This document shows, in pieces, positions 10,032 through 18,972 of a stretch of 51,222 bases of DNA. The position numbers were made by a program, and so were the translations under genes. The notes under the pieces were generated by a model. It saw nothing but the letters and a program-made list of their open reading frames with translations. It did no database searches and had not been told where the DNA came from. The stretch covers positions 1 through 51,222 of the forward strand of contig JAZDCY010000023.1 in the NCBI GenBank assembly GCA_036679645.1. The letters are read 5' to 3'. This stretch comes from Gemmatimonadota bacterium. Lineage in GTDB: Bacteria; Gemmatimonadota; Gemmatimonadetes; Gemmatimonadales; GWC2-71-9. The stretch's first letter is position 1; the number at the start of each line of letters is the position of its first letter.

Positions 10032-10583
10032 TCATTCGCCGTGGCGCGCCTGCCGGAGCGTCAGTAACGCGCGATAAGCCTTCTGTTTGGTAGCCGCCTC
10101 GGAACTCCCGGTCATGCGCGCGATCTCCGCGTACGAGAATCCATGATATCTGTGGAGTAGCGTAATCTCGCGCTGTTCCGACGGGAGTTCCGCCAGCAGC
10201 TTGGTCAGCTCGTCACGCGCATCGATGGCGGCGGCCGTATCGACGTGGTGCGTAGTATCGGGCGCGTGCAGCTCCAGCAACCGGGCCTGGCGACCGCCGC
10301 GCCGCATGCGATCGAGGCACTCGTTACGCGCGATCGTGAACACCCAACTGCGGAAGCGGCCGGCGCGGTACGACGCGCGCTGCTCGATCACCTTGATGAA
10401 CGCTTCCTGAAACGCGTCCGCCGCCTCGTCTGCATCGCCGAGCAGACGTGCGCAGAAGCCGTAGAGCGGGCCCTCGTAGCGACCGTAAAGCTCATCAAAA
10501 GCTTCTGCATGGCCCGCGGCAAAGCGGGCCATCAACAGCTCGTCATCCATCTGGGGTCGTTCCGCCGTTGCCACGCTCACCAT
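10032..10583 (-). CDS. ECF RNA polymerase sigma factor
   Basis: DDELL..AFDELYGRY, DAFQEAF, FRSWVFTIARN, GFSYAEIA. Confidence 0.9.
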   Translation of the reverse strand: MVSVATAERPQMDDELLMARFAAGHAEAFDELYGRYEGPLYGFCARLLGDADEAADAFQEAFIKVIEQRASYRAGRFRSWVFTIARNECLDRMRRGGRQARLLELHAPDTTHHVDTAAAIDARDELTKLLAELPSEQREITLLHRYHGFSYAEIARMTGSSEAATKQKAYRALLTLRQARHGE

Positions 10584-10765
10584 TTCGTCAGTCTCGGGTC
10601 GAAGCGGGTGTCGCAAACACTCACAGCTCCCTGGAGGCCGTCCCAACATTCAGAGCCCGGTTGCGATCGACCGGGCCGCAGTACGTGGGAAACGTACCGA
10701 ACGGCACGAAAGTAACGGCAGATAGTATCTTCCGCTCTCCACCTACCCCACCCGCACGGAGAGCG

Positions 10766-12826
10766 ATGACGGCTCGGCCGATCAGCACCATGATGGGACA
10801 GCTCCGGGCCCTGCACGACAGGCTGCGGCAGACCGAGCACATGTACATGGTGGTCATCGCGGTCGCCATCGGGCTGTTGGGTGGGCTCGGTGCCGTAGGG
10901 CTCCGCTTCCTGATCCGAGGCCTCAACGTCGTGGCGTGGCGGAGCGGCGAGTACACGCTCGACTACATTCACGCCCTTCCGTGGTGGTGGAAGATCCTCG
11001 CTCCGGCTGTCGGCGGCATCGTCGTCGGCCTCATCATTCGCCACGTGTCGAGCGAGGCCAAGGGCCACGGCGTTCCGGAGGTCATGGAGGCCGTCGCCCT
11101 TCGCGGTGGGCGAATCCGGCCGCGCGTCGTGCTGGCCAAGCTGTTTGCCTCCGGCATTTCCATTGGCTCTGGCGGGTCGGTAGGGCGCGAGGGCCCCATT
11201 GTGCAGATCGGCGCGGCGCTGGGGTCGACCATCGGACAGTGGCTTCGTATCGACGAGGCGCGCCTGCGGACACTGGTCGGTTGTGGCGCGGCGGCGGGGA
11301 TCGCGGGGGCATTCAATGCCCCCATTGCCGGGGCGCTCTTCGCCGTCGAGATCATCCTGGGCGATTTTGGTGTGGCGCAGTTCTCACCCATCGTCATCTC
11401 GTCGGTCGCGGCTACAGTCGTGAGCCGGCATTTCCTCGGCGACTTCCCGGCGTTCATCGTTCCTGCCTACGAACTCGTGACCGCCAACGAGCTGTTCGCG
11501 TACGCACTCCTTGGTGCCATCGCCGGGATGGTCGCCATCGTGTTCATCAAGGTGCTGTACGGCGCGGAAGATCTGTTCGACAAGGTACGCGCGCACGCTT
11601 CCATAAAGGCATTTGTCGGCGGGGCCCTGGTGGGCACCATCGGTATCTGGGCACCGGGCGTTTTCGGCGTGGGCTACGAGGCGATCAACGAGGCACTGAC
11701 CGGCGGGGCCGCCCTGCATCTCATGCTGGCGCTCGTGGTGCTCAAGATCGTGGCGGTTTCTCTTACGATCGGATCGGGAGGATCCGGGGGGATCTTTGCG
11801 CCATCACTTTTCATCGGCGCAATGCTGGGCGGCGCCATGGGCACGGTGGTCCACGCCGTCTGGCCGGCGAGTACGGCGGCGCCGGGCGCCTACGCGCTCG
11901 TGGGGATGGGCGCCGTCGTCGCCGCGGGTACCCATGCGCCCATCACGGCAATCCTCATCATTTTCGAACTGACCAACGAGTACACGATCATCCTGCCGCT
12001 CATGATCAGCTGTATCATCGGGACACTCGTCTCGACGCGCATGCACCCAGCCTCCATCTACACGCTCAAGCTGTTGCGTCGCGGCGTCGACGTGCAACGT
12101 GGCAAGGCGGTCAACGTCCTCGACGGCGTCACCGTTGCCGAGGCGATGCGGACCGAGGTGCTCACCGTGCAGCCCGAAGAGCCGCTGGATAAGCTGATCG
12201 GGACGCTCGTACAGCACCCGGGGACGACCCTCTTCGTGGTTGACGACACGAAGCGCTTGCTCGGTGTCATCACGTTGGACGAGCTGCGACCCGCATGGAA
12301 GGACGCCGCGACGCTCGGGGCGCTCGTGATCGCGGAAGACCTGATGGTCGACGGCAAGTACCCGCTCGTCGCGGCTGGCGAGTCGCTTGCGGGCGTGATG
12401 CGCGAACTGGGAACCCACAGGGGAGAGATTCCGGTGCTCGACAACGGGTGCATCGCCGGGGTCATCTGGCCTGAGGACGTCATCACGCGGTACAACAAGG
12501 AGGTGTTCAAACGCGATCTCGCATACGGCATGGCGTCGACGCTCAGCGGCCAGTCGTCCGTGGCCGCTCTCCCGGGAGTCGGCAACACCGTCGTTGCCGA
12601 GGTACCGGTGCCGCCGGACTTCGTCGGTCGCACCATTGCGGAGCTGAACATCCGGCAGAACTATGGCGTGAGCGTGCTGATGATCAAACGGCCCGTCGCT
12701 GAGACCGATCAACCGGTCGAGACCATGCCGGAGCCCGGGTATCGGTTCCGCGCCGGCGATATCATGCTGGTCATGGGTCCCCGGAACAACCTCACGCAGC
12801 TCACGGGTTCACCGCGCGCCGGCTAA
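10766..12826 (+). CDS. CLC chloride channel/antiporter with CBS pair and TrkA-C domain
   Basis: GHGVPE, GREGP and GGIFAP signatures; GGAGAG RBS before ATG 10766; C-terminal FVGRTIAELNIRQNYGV. Confidence 0.9.
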   Translation: MTARPISTMMGQLRALHDRLRQTEHMYMVVIAVAIGLLGGLGAVGLRFLIRGLNVVAWRSGEYTLDYIHALPWWWKILAPAVGGIVVGLIIRHVSSEAKGHGVPEVMEAVALRGGRIRPRVVLAKLFASGISIGSGGSVGREGPIVQIGAALGSTIGQWLRIDEARLRTLVGCGAAAGIAGAFNAPIAGALFAVEIILGDFGVAQFSPIVISSVAATVVSRHFLGDFPAFIVPAYELVTANELFAYALLGAIAGMVAIVFIKVLYGAEDLFDKVRAHASIKAFVGGALVGTIGIWAPGVFGVGYEAINEALTGGAALHLMLALVVLKIVAVSLTIGSGGSGGIFAPSLFIGAMLGGAMGTVVHAVWPASTAAPGAYALVGMGAVVAAGTHAPITAILIIFELTNEYTIILPLMISCIIGTLVSTRMHPASIYTLKLLRRGVDVQRGKAVNVLDGVTVAEAMRTEVLTVQPEEPLDKLIGTLVQHPGTTLFVVDDTKRLLGVITLDELRPAWKDAATLGALVIAEDLMVDGKYPLVAAGESLAGVMRELGTHRGEIPVLDNGCIAGVIWPEDVITRYNKEVFKRDLAYGMASTLSGQSSVAALPGVGNTVVAEVPVPPDFVGRTIAELNIRQNYGVSVLMIKRPVAETDQPVETMPEPGYRFRAGDIMLVMGPRNNLTQLTGSPRAG

Positions 12827-12911
12827 CGCGCGGTGGGCTTTCTTCTTCTCGAGGCCAGCGTTGACCTGAGATAGATCAACGACCGCGACGCCGAAGTCGA
12901 GCGTCATCATG

Positions 12912-13150
12912 TCATTTCTCTTCCTCTCCCGTCGCGTTGTCGTCATCGGCCCCAAGCACCTCGCGAGCCTTCTTGCGTAGTCGGCGTCGGGCCTCGTCGA
13001 CCCCCTCGATAGCGCCTTTCAGTTCTCGCAACTCCGCACCGCGTACCTTCAACCCCTCACGAATGAAGAGCGCCGCCGCCTCAGAACGGCTCTTCACCGC
13101 CCCGGTCTCGACGCAGGCATCGAGGTCGCCGAGCGTCTCGGCATCCCTGA
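12912..13150 (-). pseudogene. 5'-truncated paralog of the RHH-like gene at 34162-34587
   Basis: LDACVETGAVKSRSEAAALFIREGLKVR vs LDAWVETGAVKTRSQAAALFIREGLKVR; in-frame stops just upstream. Confidence 0.7.
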
Positions 13151-13169
13151 GTCACATGTCAAGCTAGGC

Positions 13170-13201
13170 TTGACCCTGTACCTGACTACAGGGTTTATCT
13201 T
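13170..13201 (+). promoter_or_regulatory. MerR-type promoter/operator 1
   Basis: TTGACC-N20-TATCTT with dyad ACCCTGTA-N6-TACAGGGT spanning the long spacer. Confidence 0.8.
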
Positions 13202-13209
13202 GTTCTCAT

Positions 13210-13635
13210 ATGGAAGTTCTCACCATCGGGCAGCTCGCCCGCCGGGCGGGTGTGAATGTCGAGACGCTCCGTTACTACGAACGCCGGGACCTGTTGCCCG
13301 ACCCGCCGCGCACCTCGTCGGGCTACCGGCAGTACACGCCGGACGCGGTGCGGCGGATCGGGTTCATCAAGCGCGCGCAGCAGTTGGGATTCACCCTCCA
13401 CGAGATCGGTGAACTGCTGGCGCTGCGTGTCGATCCGGACGCCAACTGTGATGCGGTCGAGGAGCGGGCCGAGCATGCTATTGAACGGATCGACGCCAAG
13501 GTAGCGGAATTGGCGCGGATGCGATCGGCCCTTGGAGAGCTGGTGACCGCCTGTCATGCGCGGTGCCCCACAGATGACTGCCCAATCCTCGACGCGCTGG
13601 AACCGGAGGACATCGATCATGCCACACCGTGCTGA
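13210..13635 (+). CDS. merR: MerR-family divalent heavy-metal regulator (Hg-type Cys triad)
   Basis: LTIGQLA..VETLRYYER HTH; ANC-D, AC-HARC and DC-PIL cysteines match C82/C117/C126. Confidence 0.85.
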   Translation: MEVLTIGQLARRAGVNVETLRYYERRDLLPDPPRTSSGYRQYTPDAVRRIGFIKRAQQLGFTLHEIGELLALRVDPDANCDAVEERAEHAIERIDAKVAELARMRSALGELVTACHARCPTDDCPILDALEPEDIDHATPC

Positions 13636-13906
13636 ATTGATCTATTTCGACGGCTGCCCCAACGCCGATGACGCGCGGGACAACCTGCGCGCGGCTCTCG
13701 AGGCGGAGGGCCTTCCCCCCGAGTGGCAGGAGTGGAATCAACACGATCCACAAGCTCCCGAGCGGGTGAAACAGCACGGGTCACCAACGGTGCTCGTAGA
13801 CGGCCGTGACGTGACCGGTCTCGAGGTGGGTGTCGCGGCGTCGGCATGTCGAGCGGACGGGGTCCCGTCCGTCGATACCATCCGCACGGCCTTGGGAGCG
13901 ACATGA
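13619..13906 (+). CDS. Small thioredoxin-like protein of mer loci (DUF2703-like)
   Basis: GGAGGA RBS; LIYFDGCPN, GSPTVLVDGRD, ACR. Confidence 0.7.
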   Translation: MPHRAELIYFDGCPNADDARDNLRAALEAEGLPPEWQEWNQHDPQAPERVKQHGSPTVLVDGRDVTGLEVGVAASACRADGVPSVDTIRTALGAT

Positions 13907-14247
13907 TCGGGAAAGCTTTGGGCGCGGCCGGCGCGGGCGTGACCGCCGCGGTCGCATCAACGCTATGCTGTGCCGGACCATTGCTCGCCGTTGCGGCAGG
14001 CGTCTCGGGTGCCGGCCTCGCATCGACGTTCGAGCCTCTCCGTCCGTATCTGCTCGGAAGCAGCGCGCTCTTCCTCGGGATCGGGTTCTACACACTCGAC
14101 CGGGAGGAAAGGAAGGCGTGCGACCCCGACAAACCGTGTGCGGACCCGCGCGTGCGGCACCGCATGAAGATCATGCTATGGACCGCGACCGTGATTGCCG
14201 TGATCTTCGCGATGTATCCCACATGGTCGGTGTGGTTCATCGAGTAG
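13903..14247 (+). CDS. merT: MerT-family mercuric transporter
   Basis: ASTLCCAGPL, EPLRPY, loop ACDPDKPC; three TM helices; ATGA overlap. Confidence 0.85.
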   Translation: MIGKALGAAGAGVTAAVASTLCCAGPLLAVAAGVSGAGLASTFEPLRPYLLGSSALFLGIGFYTLDREERKACDPDKPCADPRVRHRMKIMLWTATVIAVIFAMYPTWSVWFIE

Positions 14248-14294
14248 GTCCCACGGACTGGATCTTGGAGACGGATGGTGGGTAGTTTGCTTCC

Positions 14295-14624
14295 GTGGTG
14301 AAATCTCGAAGGCTGCTCGTACTCGCGGCCCTGGTCCTCGTGACCGGGAGCCTTGGACAGGGTATCCGCCCGTGTCCGCACCACGCCGCCGCCGCACAGG
14401 GGCACGAGGGTCACACCGGTTCCTCCCGGACCAGCCCGACATCGCCCTGTTCGTGCATCGGTACCTGCCATCTAACAGCCGGGGCTCCCCTTGCCACCTC
14501 GCGCGGCGCGACACCGGCGCCACCGTCTCCGCGCACCCGCGCCCAGCGGAGTACCAACAGGACGCCGAGCAACCGCGAGCACGATTCCACGCAGCTCGCG
14601 CGCCCTCCGCCAAGAAGCTCCTAG
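14295..14624 (+). CDS. His/Cys-rich DUF2946/CruR-like putative leader peptide
   Basis: N-terminal hydrophobic segment, CPHH, HEGH, CSCIGTCH, C-terminal ARPPP. Confidence 0.55.
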   Translation: MVKSRRLLVLAALVLVTGSLGQGIRPCPHHAAAAQGHEGHTGSSRTSPTSPCSCIGTCHLTAGAPLATSRGATPAPPSPRTRAQRSTNRTPSNREHDSTQLARPPPRSS

Positions 14625-14717
14625 TCACCGCACCGTTACAACACAACAAGACAGGCTCTGCTGACGCGGCAATGTCCCGCATCGGCTGGGCGTGTCGTGA
14701 CCGGGAGAGATTCTGTG

Positions 14718-15551
14718 ATGACATGTCGTTGGCGCTTCTTGCGCCTATGTACACCCATTTGCACGTTGGCGATTGGCGCGACACTGGGGTTGCCGTCGGA
14801 GGCGGGCGCTCAAGAGTCCCATAGTCACCAAGAGGAGGCGGCACATCACACCGGGCTCCATTTCTCGCACCCCCTCCTGACTGAATCGGTGTCGCCCGAT
14901 ACGAAGATCCGTATCAACTTGGGCGCCGCGTGGAGTGACGGCGAGCGCGAACAGGAGATCGAACTGGAAGGCGAATACGCGTTTCACCGTTCCTTCAGCA
15001 TCGAGTTCGGCGCGCCCATTGTCTTCGTCCAGCCAGACGGGGCGTCGAGCGTCTCCGGGATCGGGAACTTCGAGGTGGCCCTCAAGTTCGCCAACTACGC
15101 GTTCGAGGATCACGGCGTGTTGCTCGGCTATGGCGTGGAATTCGGCGTACCGACAGGCGACGCGACAGACGGTATCGGGAGCGACCATCTCTGGGAGGTG
15201 GAGCCGTTTCTCAACATTGGATACAAGCACGACCATTTCGAGCTGGTCGCGTTCTCGATTTTCGGGATTCCATTCAATCAGAACGCCGGAGAGGATGTCG
15301 AGACCGAACTGGCATACAACTTCTCCGGCCTCGTGCACGTCGCGCCGAGGGTCCAGGCGCTCGTCGAACTGACGGGTCAGACGGTGATGAGCGGCGACGA
15401 AGCCGGCCAGACCGTGCTTCTCCTATCTCCCGGGATCAAGGTGGCGCCGTTCGCTCGATCGCCTCTGTTCCTCGGTTTCGGGGTGAGTGTCCCCCTCACC
15501 ACGGAAGAACTGGACGCGTCGGCTCGCTTCTCACTGTTCCACCACTTCTGA
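14718..15551 (+). CDS. Outer-membrane beta-barrel transporter with His-rich N-terminus
   Basis: Signal peptide; HSHQEEAAHHTGLHFSHP; SGIGN..LKF, GVPTGD..GS pattern; terminal Phe. Confidence 0.7.
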   Translation: MTCRWRFLRLCTPICTLAIGATLGLPSEAGAQESHSHQEEAAHHTGLHFSHPLLTESVSPDTKIRINLGAAWSDGEREQEIELEGEYAFHRSFSIEFGAPIVFVQPDGASSVSGIGNFEVALKFANYAFEDHGVLLGYGVEFGVPTGDATDGIGSDHLWEVEPFLNIGYKHDHFELVAFSIFGIPFNQNAGEDVETELAYNFSGLVHVAPRVQALVELTGQTVMSGDEAGQTVLLLSPGIKVAPFARSPLFLGFGVSVPLTTEELDASARFSLFHHF

Positions 15552-15682
15552 CCTGTGGAACTCTTGCGGCGCCTTTTGTGCTCTCTACCAAAGTGAGAAA
15601 CTGAGCTTACCTTTCCAAGCAACTCTGAATATTCGAGCGATATGAAACGTATCGTGCGCGATGCGCTGCCGAGAACGACGGC

Positions 15683-16243
15683 ATGATCACTCAACTGCTC
15701 ACCGCCGTCGCCCTGACGGTCACGCCGCTCTCGCCACCCCCCTGCTGGATCCGGGACGACCCCGCCGACCTCGAGTTGCGCATCAGTCCGCTCGACTCGG
15801 CGATGACCACATTGGACGCCGACACGTTGAAGGTGTGCTATAGCCGTCCACGCAGACTCGGCCGACCGGTCATGGGGCGTCTGGTGCCGTTCGGAAAGGC
15901 GTGGCGTCTCGGCGCCAACGAGGCCACCACACTGCACACGACCGGCGCCGTACAGTTCGGCGACGTTGCGCTACCAGCCGGGTCCTACACTCTCTATGCG
16001 ATCCCCGGGCGTGACGAATGGCAAGTGGTCATCAACTCCTCGGTGCGCCGCTGGGGCATCCCCTTGAACACCGCCGTGCGGAACGCCGATCTCGGAAGCG
16101 CGAGCGTCCCGGTCGTCGAACTTTCCACGCCGGTCGAGCTATTCACCGTGCGGTTCGAGCCCACAGGACCTGACGCCGTTGATCTGGTGATTGAATGGGA
16201 GTTGACCCAGGTTCGAGTGCCGATCCGACGGGTGACGCAGTGA
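15683..16243 (+). CDS. DUF2911-domain protein
   Basis: [30 protein letters not shown]. Confidence 0.85.
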   Translation: MITQLLTAVALTVTPLSPPPCWIRDDPADLELRISPLDSAMTTLDADTLKVCYSRPRRLGRPVMGRLVPFGKAWRLGANEATTLHTTGAVQFGDVALPAGSYTLYAIPGRDEWQVVINSSVRRWGIPLNTAVRNADLGSASVPVVELSTPVELFTVRFEPTGPDAVDLVIEWELTQVRVPIRRVTQ

Positions 16244-16578
16244 CGGTCGGGGTCATTGCCCGCTCGCTCGCCCTCTTCGTCGTCGCCGGACTGCTCGAAA
16301 TCGGTGGCGGCTATCTGGTCTGGCTCTGGCTTCGCGATGGCCGTGCGATGTTCCTCGGCGCCTTGGGCGGGCTCGTTCTCTTTCTTTACGGCATCGTACC
16401 CACGTTCCAGCCGGAGCACTTCGGACGCGTTTATGCTGCCTACGGCGGCGTCTTCGTAATCCTCTCGTTGCTGTGGGGCTGGTGGCTCGACGGACGAGCG
16501 CCGGACCGGTTCGATGTCATCGGCGCCGCGTTGTGTCTCGTTGGGGTCGGGGTGATAATGTACGCGCCGCGCGGATGA
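16240..16578 (+). CDS. ynfA: YnfA-family small membrane transporter
   Basis: [34 protein letters not shown]. Confidence 0.9.
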   Translation: MTVGVIARSLALFVVAGLLEIGGGYLVWLWLRDGRAMFLGALGGLVLFLYGIVPTFQPEHFGRVYAAYGGVFVILSLLWGWWLDGRAPDRFDVIGAALCLVGVGVIMYAPRG

Positions 16579-16580
16579 GA

Positions 16581-18083
16581 CTATGACGCCCGCTTGAGAC
16601 GCAGCCCTTTAGGTACCACCACACGCTCGATCAGAGCGAACAGATACTGGGCGACCAGGGCAAGGCTGGCCGCGGGCACCGCGCCCTCCAGGATCAGCGA
16701 GACATCGTCGAGCCGAATGCCGGTGAGGATCGGCTGGCCGTACCCCCCGGCCCCAATCAGCGCGCCCAACGTGGCGAAGCCGATGTTGATGACGGTTGCG
16801 GTCTTGACGCCCGCCATGATCGACGGTGAAGCCAACGGTAATTCCACCTTGAGCAGGCGGGCGCTACGCGACAGGTCCAGCGCCTCCGCCGACTCTTCGA
16901 TTGAGGGCGCAATACCCGAGAGCCCCGTATGCGTGTTCCGCACCATCGGAAGCAGACTATACAGGAATAGCGCAGCGATGGCCGGCGGCGCGTAGATCCC
17001 GAGGATGGGGATCATGAACACCAACAGCGCAAGTGCAGGTACGGTCTGCACCATACCCACGCCAGCGAGTATGGCCTGGCCCATGCGGGGCCGCTTGAAG
17101 GCAACGATGCCCAACGGGATTGCCACGATGATGCCAAGCGTCATCGAGATCGAGACCAGGAAGAGGTGTTCTCTTGTGCGAAGCCAGAGCCGGCTCCGGA
17201 AGCCCTCTTCCTCAGTCACCGCCGCGATACCCAGCGTCTCACGCAAGAAATCGCCTGCCACCAACGACTCCGCGTCTCCGTCGAGCTTCACGCGGGCGTT
17301 CATGCGACCGATGCGCGCCTGGCTAAGCTTTCCTTCGAGAAGTCGCAGGGCTGCCTCGACGCCTGGTGCGCGTCGCTGGAGATCGGAACGGTAGAGGTAG
17401 ACCGCATAGTATGTCTGGAAGAACGAGAGATCGTCTTCCAGCAGGCGCAATCCGTAGTACGAGATCTCCGCGTCGGTCGTGTACACGTCCATCGCGTCGA
17501 TGTCGCCGCCATCCAAGGCGCGGTAAGCCAGGTCGTGGTCCAGGCCGCGCATATTTGCACCTGAGAGATGATACCGTCGCCGCAAGCCGGGCCACCCGTC
17601 GTCGCGGTCCGTGAACTCGTTGCTCATGCCGAACCGCACTTGGGGATGCTGTCGCAAATCGGAGATATTGGACACGTCAAGGCTGTCGGCGGTCCCGGGC
17701 CGCATCCCGATCGCATAGGAGTTGTTGAAGCCCAGCGGTCTCGTCATCAGGATGCCCCGCTCGCGGAGCGCGGTCCGGACTTGATCGTCCGTCCGGAGGT
17801 TCAACTCGGCGAAGATTTCCTGGATGATCGTGCCCGTGTACTCGCCGTACACGTCGATGTCGCCTCGAACCAGGGCGTTGAAGAGCACGCGGGTTCCACC
17901 CAACTCGCGCCGGTGATCCGCAACGTAGCCAGCATCGCGCACAACACCCGCCGCGATCTCGCCCAAGACGACCGCTTCTGTGAAGGCCTTCGATGCCACG
18001 ACAACCGTTGAAGACGGATCCTGCGCTGCCAGCGGTCCCCCCATCAACGCGAGCACGAACGGGATCGTCATCCGGACGTTCAC
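16581..18083 (-). CDS. Betaine/osmoprotectant-family ABC transporter, fused substrate-binding protein and permease
   Basis: SKAFTE, EYTGT, GFNNSYA, DVYTTD; QTVPALAL, GAGGYG. Confidence 0.85.
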   Translation of the reverse strand: MNVRMTIPFVLALMGGPLAAQDPSSTVVVASKAFTEAVVLGEIAAGVVRDAGYVADHRRELGGTRVLFNALVRGDIDVYGEYTGTIIQEIFAELNLRTDDQVRTALRERGILMTRPLGFNNSYAIGMRPGTADSLDVSNISDLRQHPQVRFGMSNEFTDRDDGWPGLRRRYHLSGANMRGLDHDLAYRALDGGDIDAMDVYTTDAEISYYGLRLLEDDLSFFQTYYAVYLYRSDLQRRAPGVEAALRLLEGKLSQARIGRMNARVKLDGDAESLVAGDFLRETLGIAAVTEEEGFRSRLWLRTREHLFLVSISMTLGIIVAIPLGIVAFKRPRMGQAILAGVGMVQTVPALALLVFMIPILGIYAPPAIAALFLYSLLPMVRNTHTGLSGIAPSIEESAEALDLSRSARLLKVELPLASPSIMAGVKTATVINIGFATLGALIGAGGYGQPILTGIRLDDVSLILEGAVPAASLALVAQYLFALIERVVVPKGLRLKRAS

Positions 18084-18814
18084 GGAAGCAGGTGTCCCCG
18101 TTGAGCGTTCACGAACTCCGTGACGAACGGATCAGCGGGCTTGCGAGTCATCGTCTCGAAGGATCCATGTTGTATGAGCTTTCCTTCACGCATCAACACG
18201 ATCCGATCGCCGAAGAAGACTGCTTCGGACAGATCGTGTGTCACCAACACCACCGTTTTGCACAGTGTTTTGAAGATGGTGCGCAGCTCTTCCTGTAGGC
18301 TGAAGCGGATCATCGGATCCAGCGCGCCGAGTGGCTCGTCGAGGAGGAGCACGTCGGGATCGAGCATCAACCCGCGCATCAGCGCGACGCGCTGGCGTTG
18401 CCCGCCCGACAGCTCTACCGGATATCGATCGAGCCCGTCAGTCGGGAAGTTAGTCAGCTCACGCAGCTCCTCGAGCCGCGCGTGGATGCACGCGCCGGGT
18501 AGCTTCAAGGTACGGGCCTTGAGCGTCACGTTCTCGCGGGCGGTCATGTGTGGGAACAGGCCGCCGTCTTGAATCACGTACCCGACCCGGCGCCGGACGT
18601 CGGATACCGTGTGAGGAGACAGGATCACGCCGTCGAACATCACCTGCCCGCTATCCGGCACCGCCAGCCGCAGCAGCAAGCGCAGGGCCGTGGACTTGCC
18701 GGACCCGCTCGGCCCAATGACGACCGCTGTTTCGCCGGCTTTGACCTCGAAGGTCAGGTGGTCGACGACCCGGCGGCCGCCGTAGGACTTCGTGACAGAT
18801 TCGAGGCGTAGCAT
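18080..18814 (-). CDS. ABC ATPase (OpuA/ProV-like)
   Basis: GPSGSGKS, LSGGQRQR, LLLDEP, VTHD. Confidence 0.9.
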   Translation of the reverse strand: MLRLESVTKSYGGRRVVDHLTFEVKAGETAVVIGPSGSGKSTALRLLLRLAVPDSGQVMFDGVILSPHTVSDVRRRVGYVIQDGGLFPHMTARENVTLKARTLKLPGACIHARLEELRELTNFPTDGLDRYPVELSGGQRQRVALMRGLMLDPDVLLLDEPLGALDPMIRFSLQEELRTIFKTLCKTVVLVTHDLSEAVFFGDRIVLMREGKLIQHGSFETMTRKPADPFVTEFVNAQRGHLLP

Positions 18815-18972
18815 GCGTGGAAAATAGCCAGACGAGGGCGGCCGTCCAGGTACTCGCACAGCTCATACAGCGTCCTAGTCACCGCCTTCAACCGCTGTGC
18901 GCGCGACCGAGTGGCCATGGCTCCCTTGCAACGGGCCACACAGATCCATCGCTGATTGATCGCGCCAAGGAA

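Noticed and set aside
13151..13156. ATG-TGA (Met-Sec?) at the start of the truncated minus-strand paralog
   Set aside because: The aligned residue in the intact paralog is Val and there is no RBS; better explained as a truncation junction
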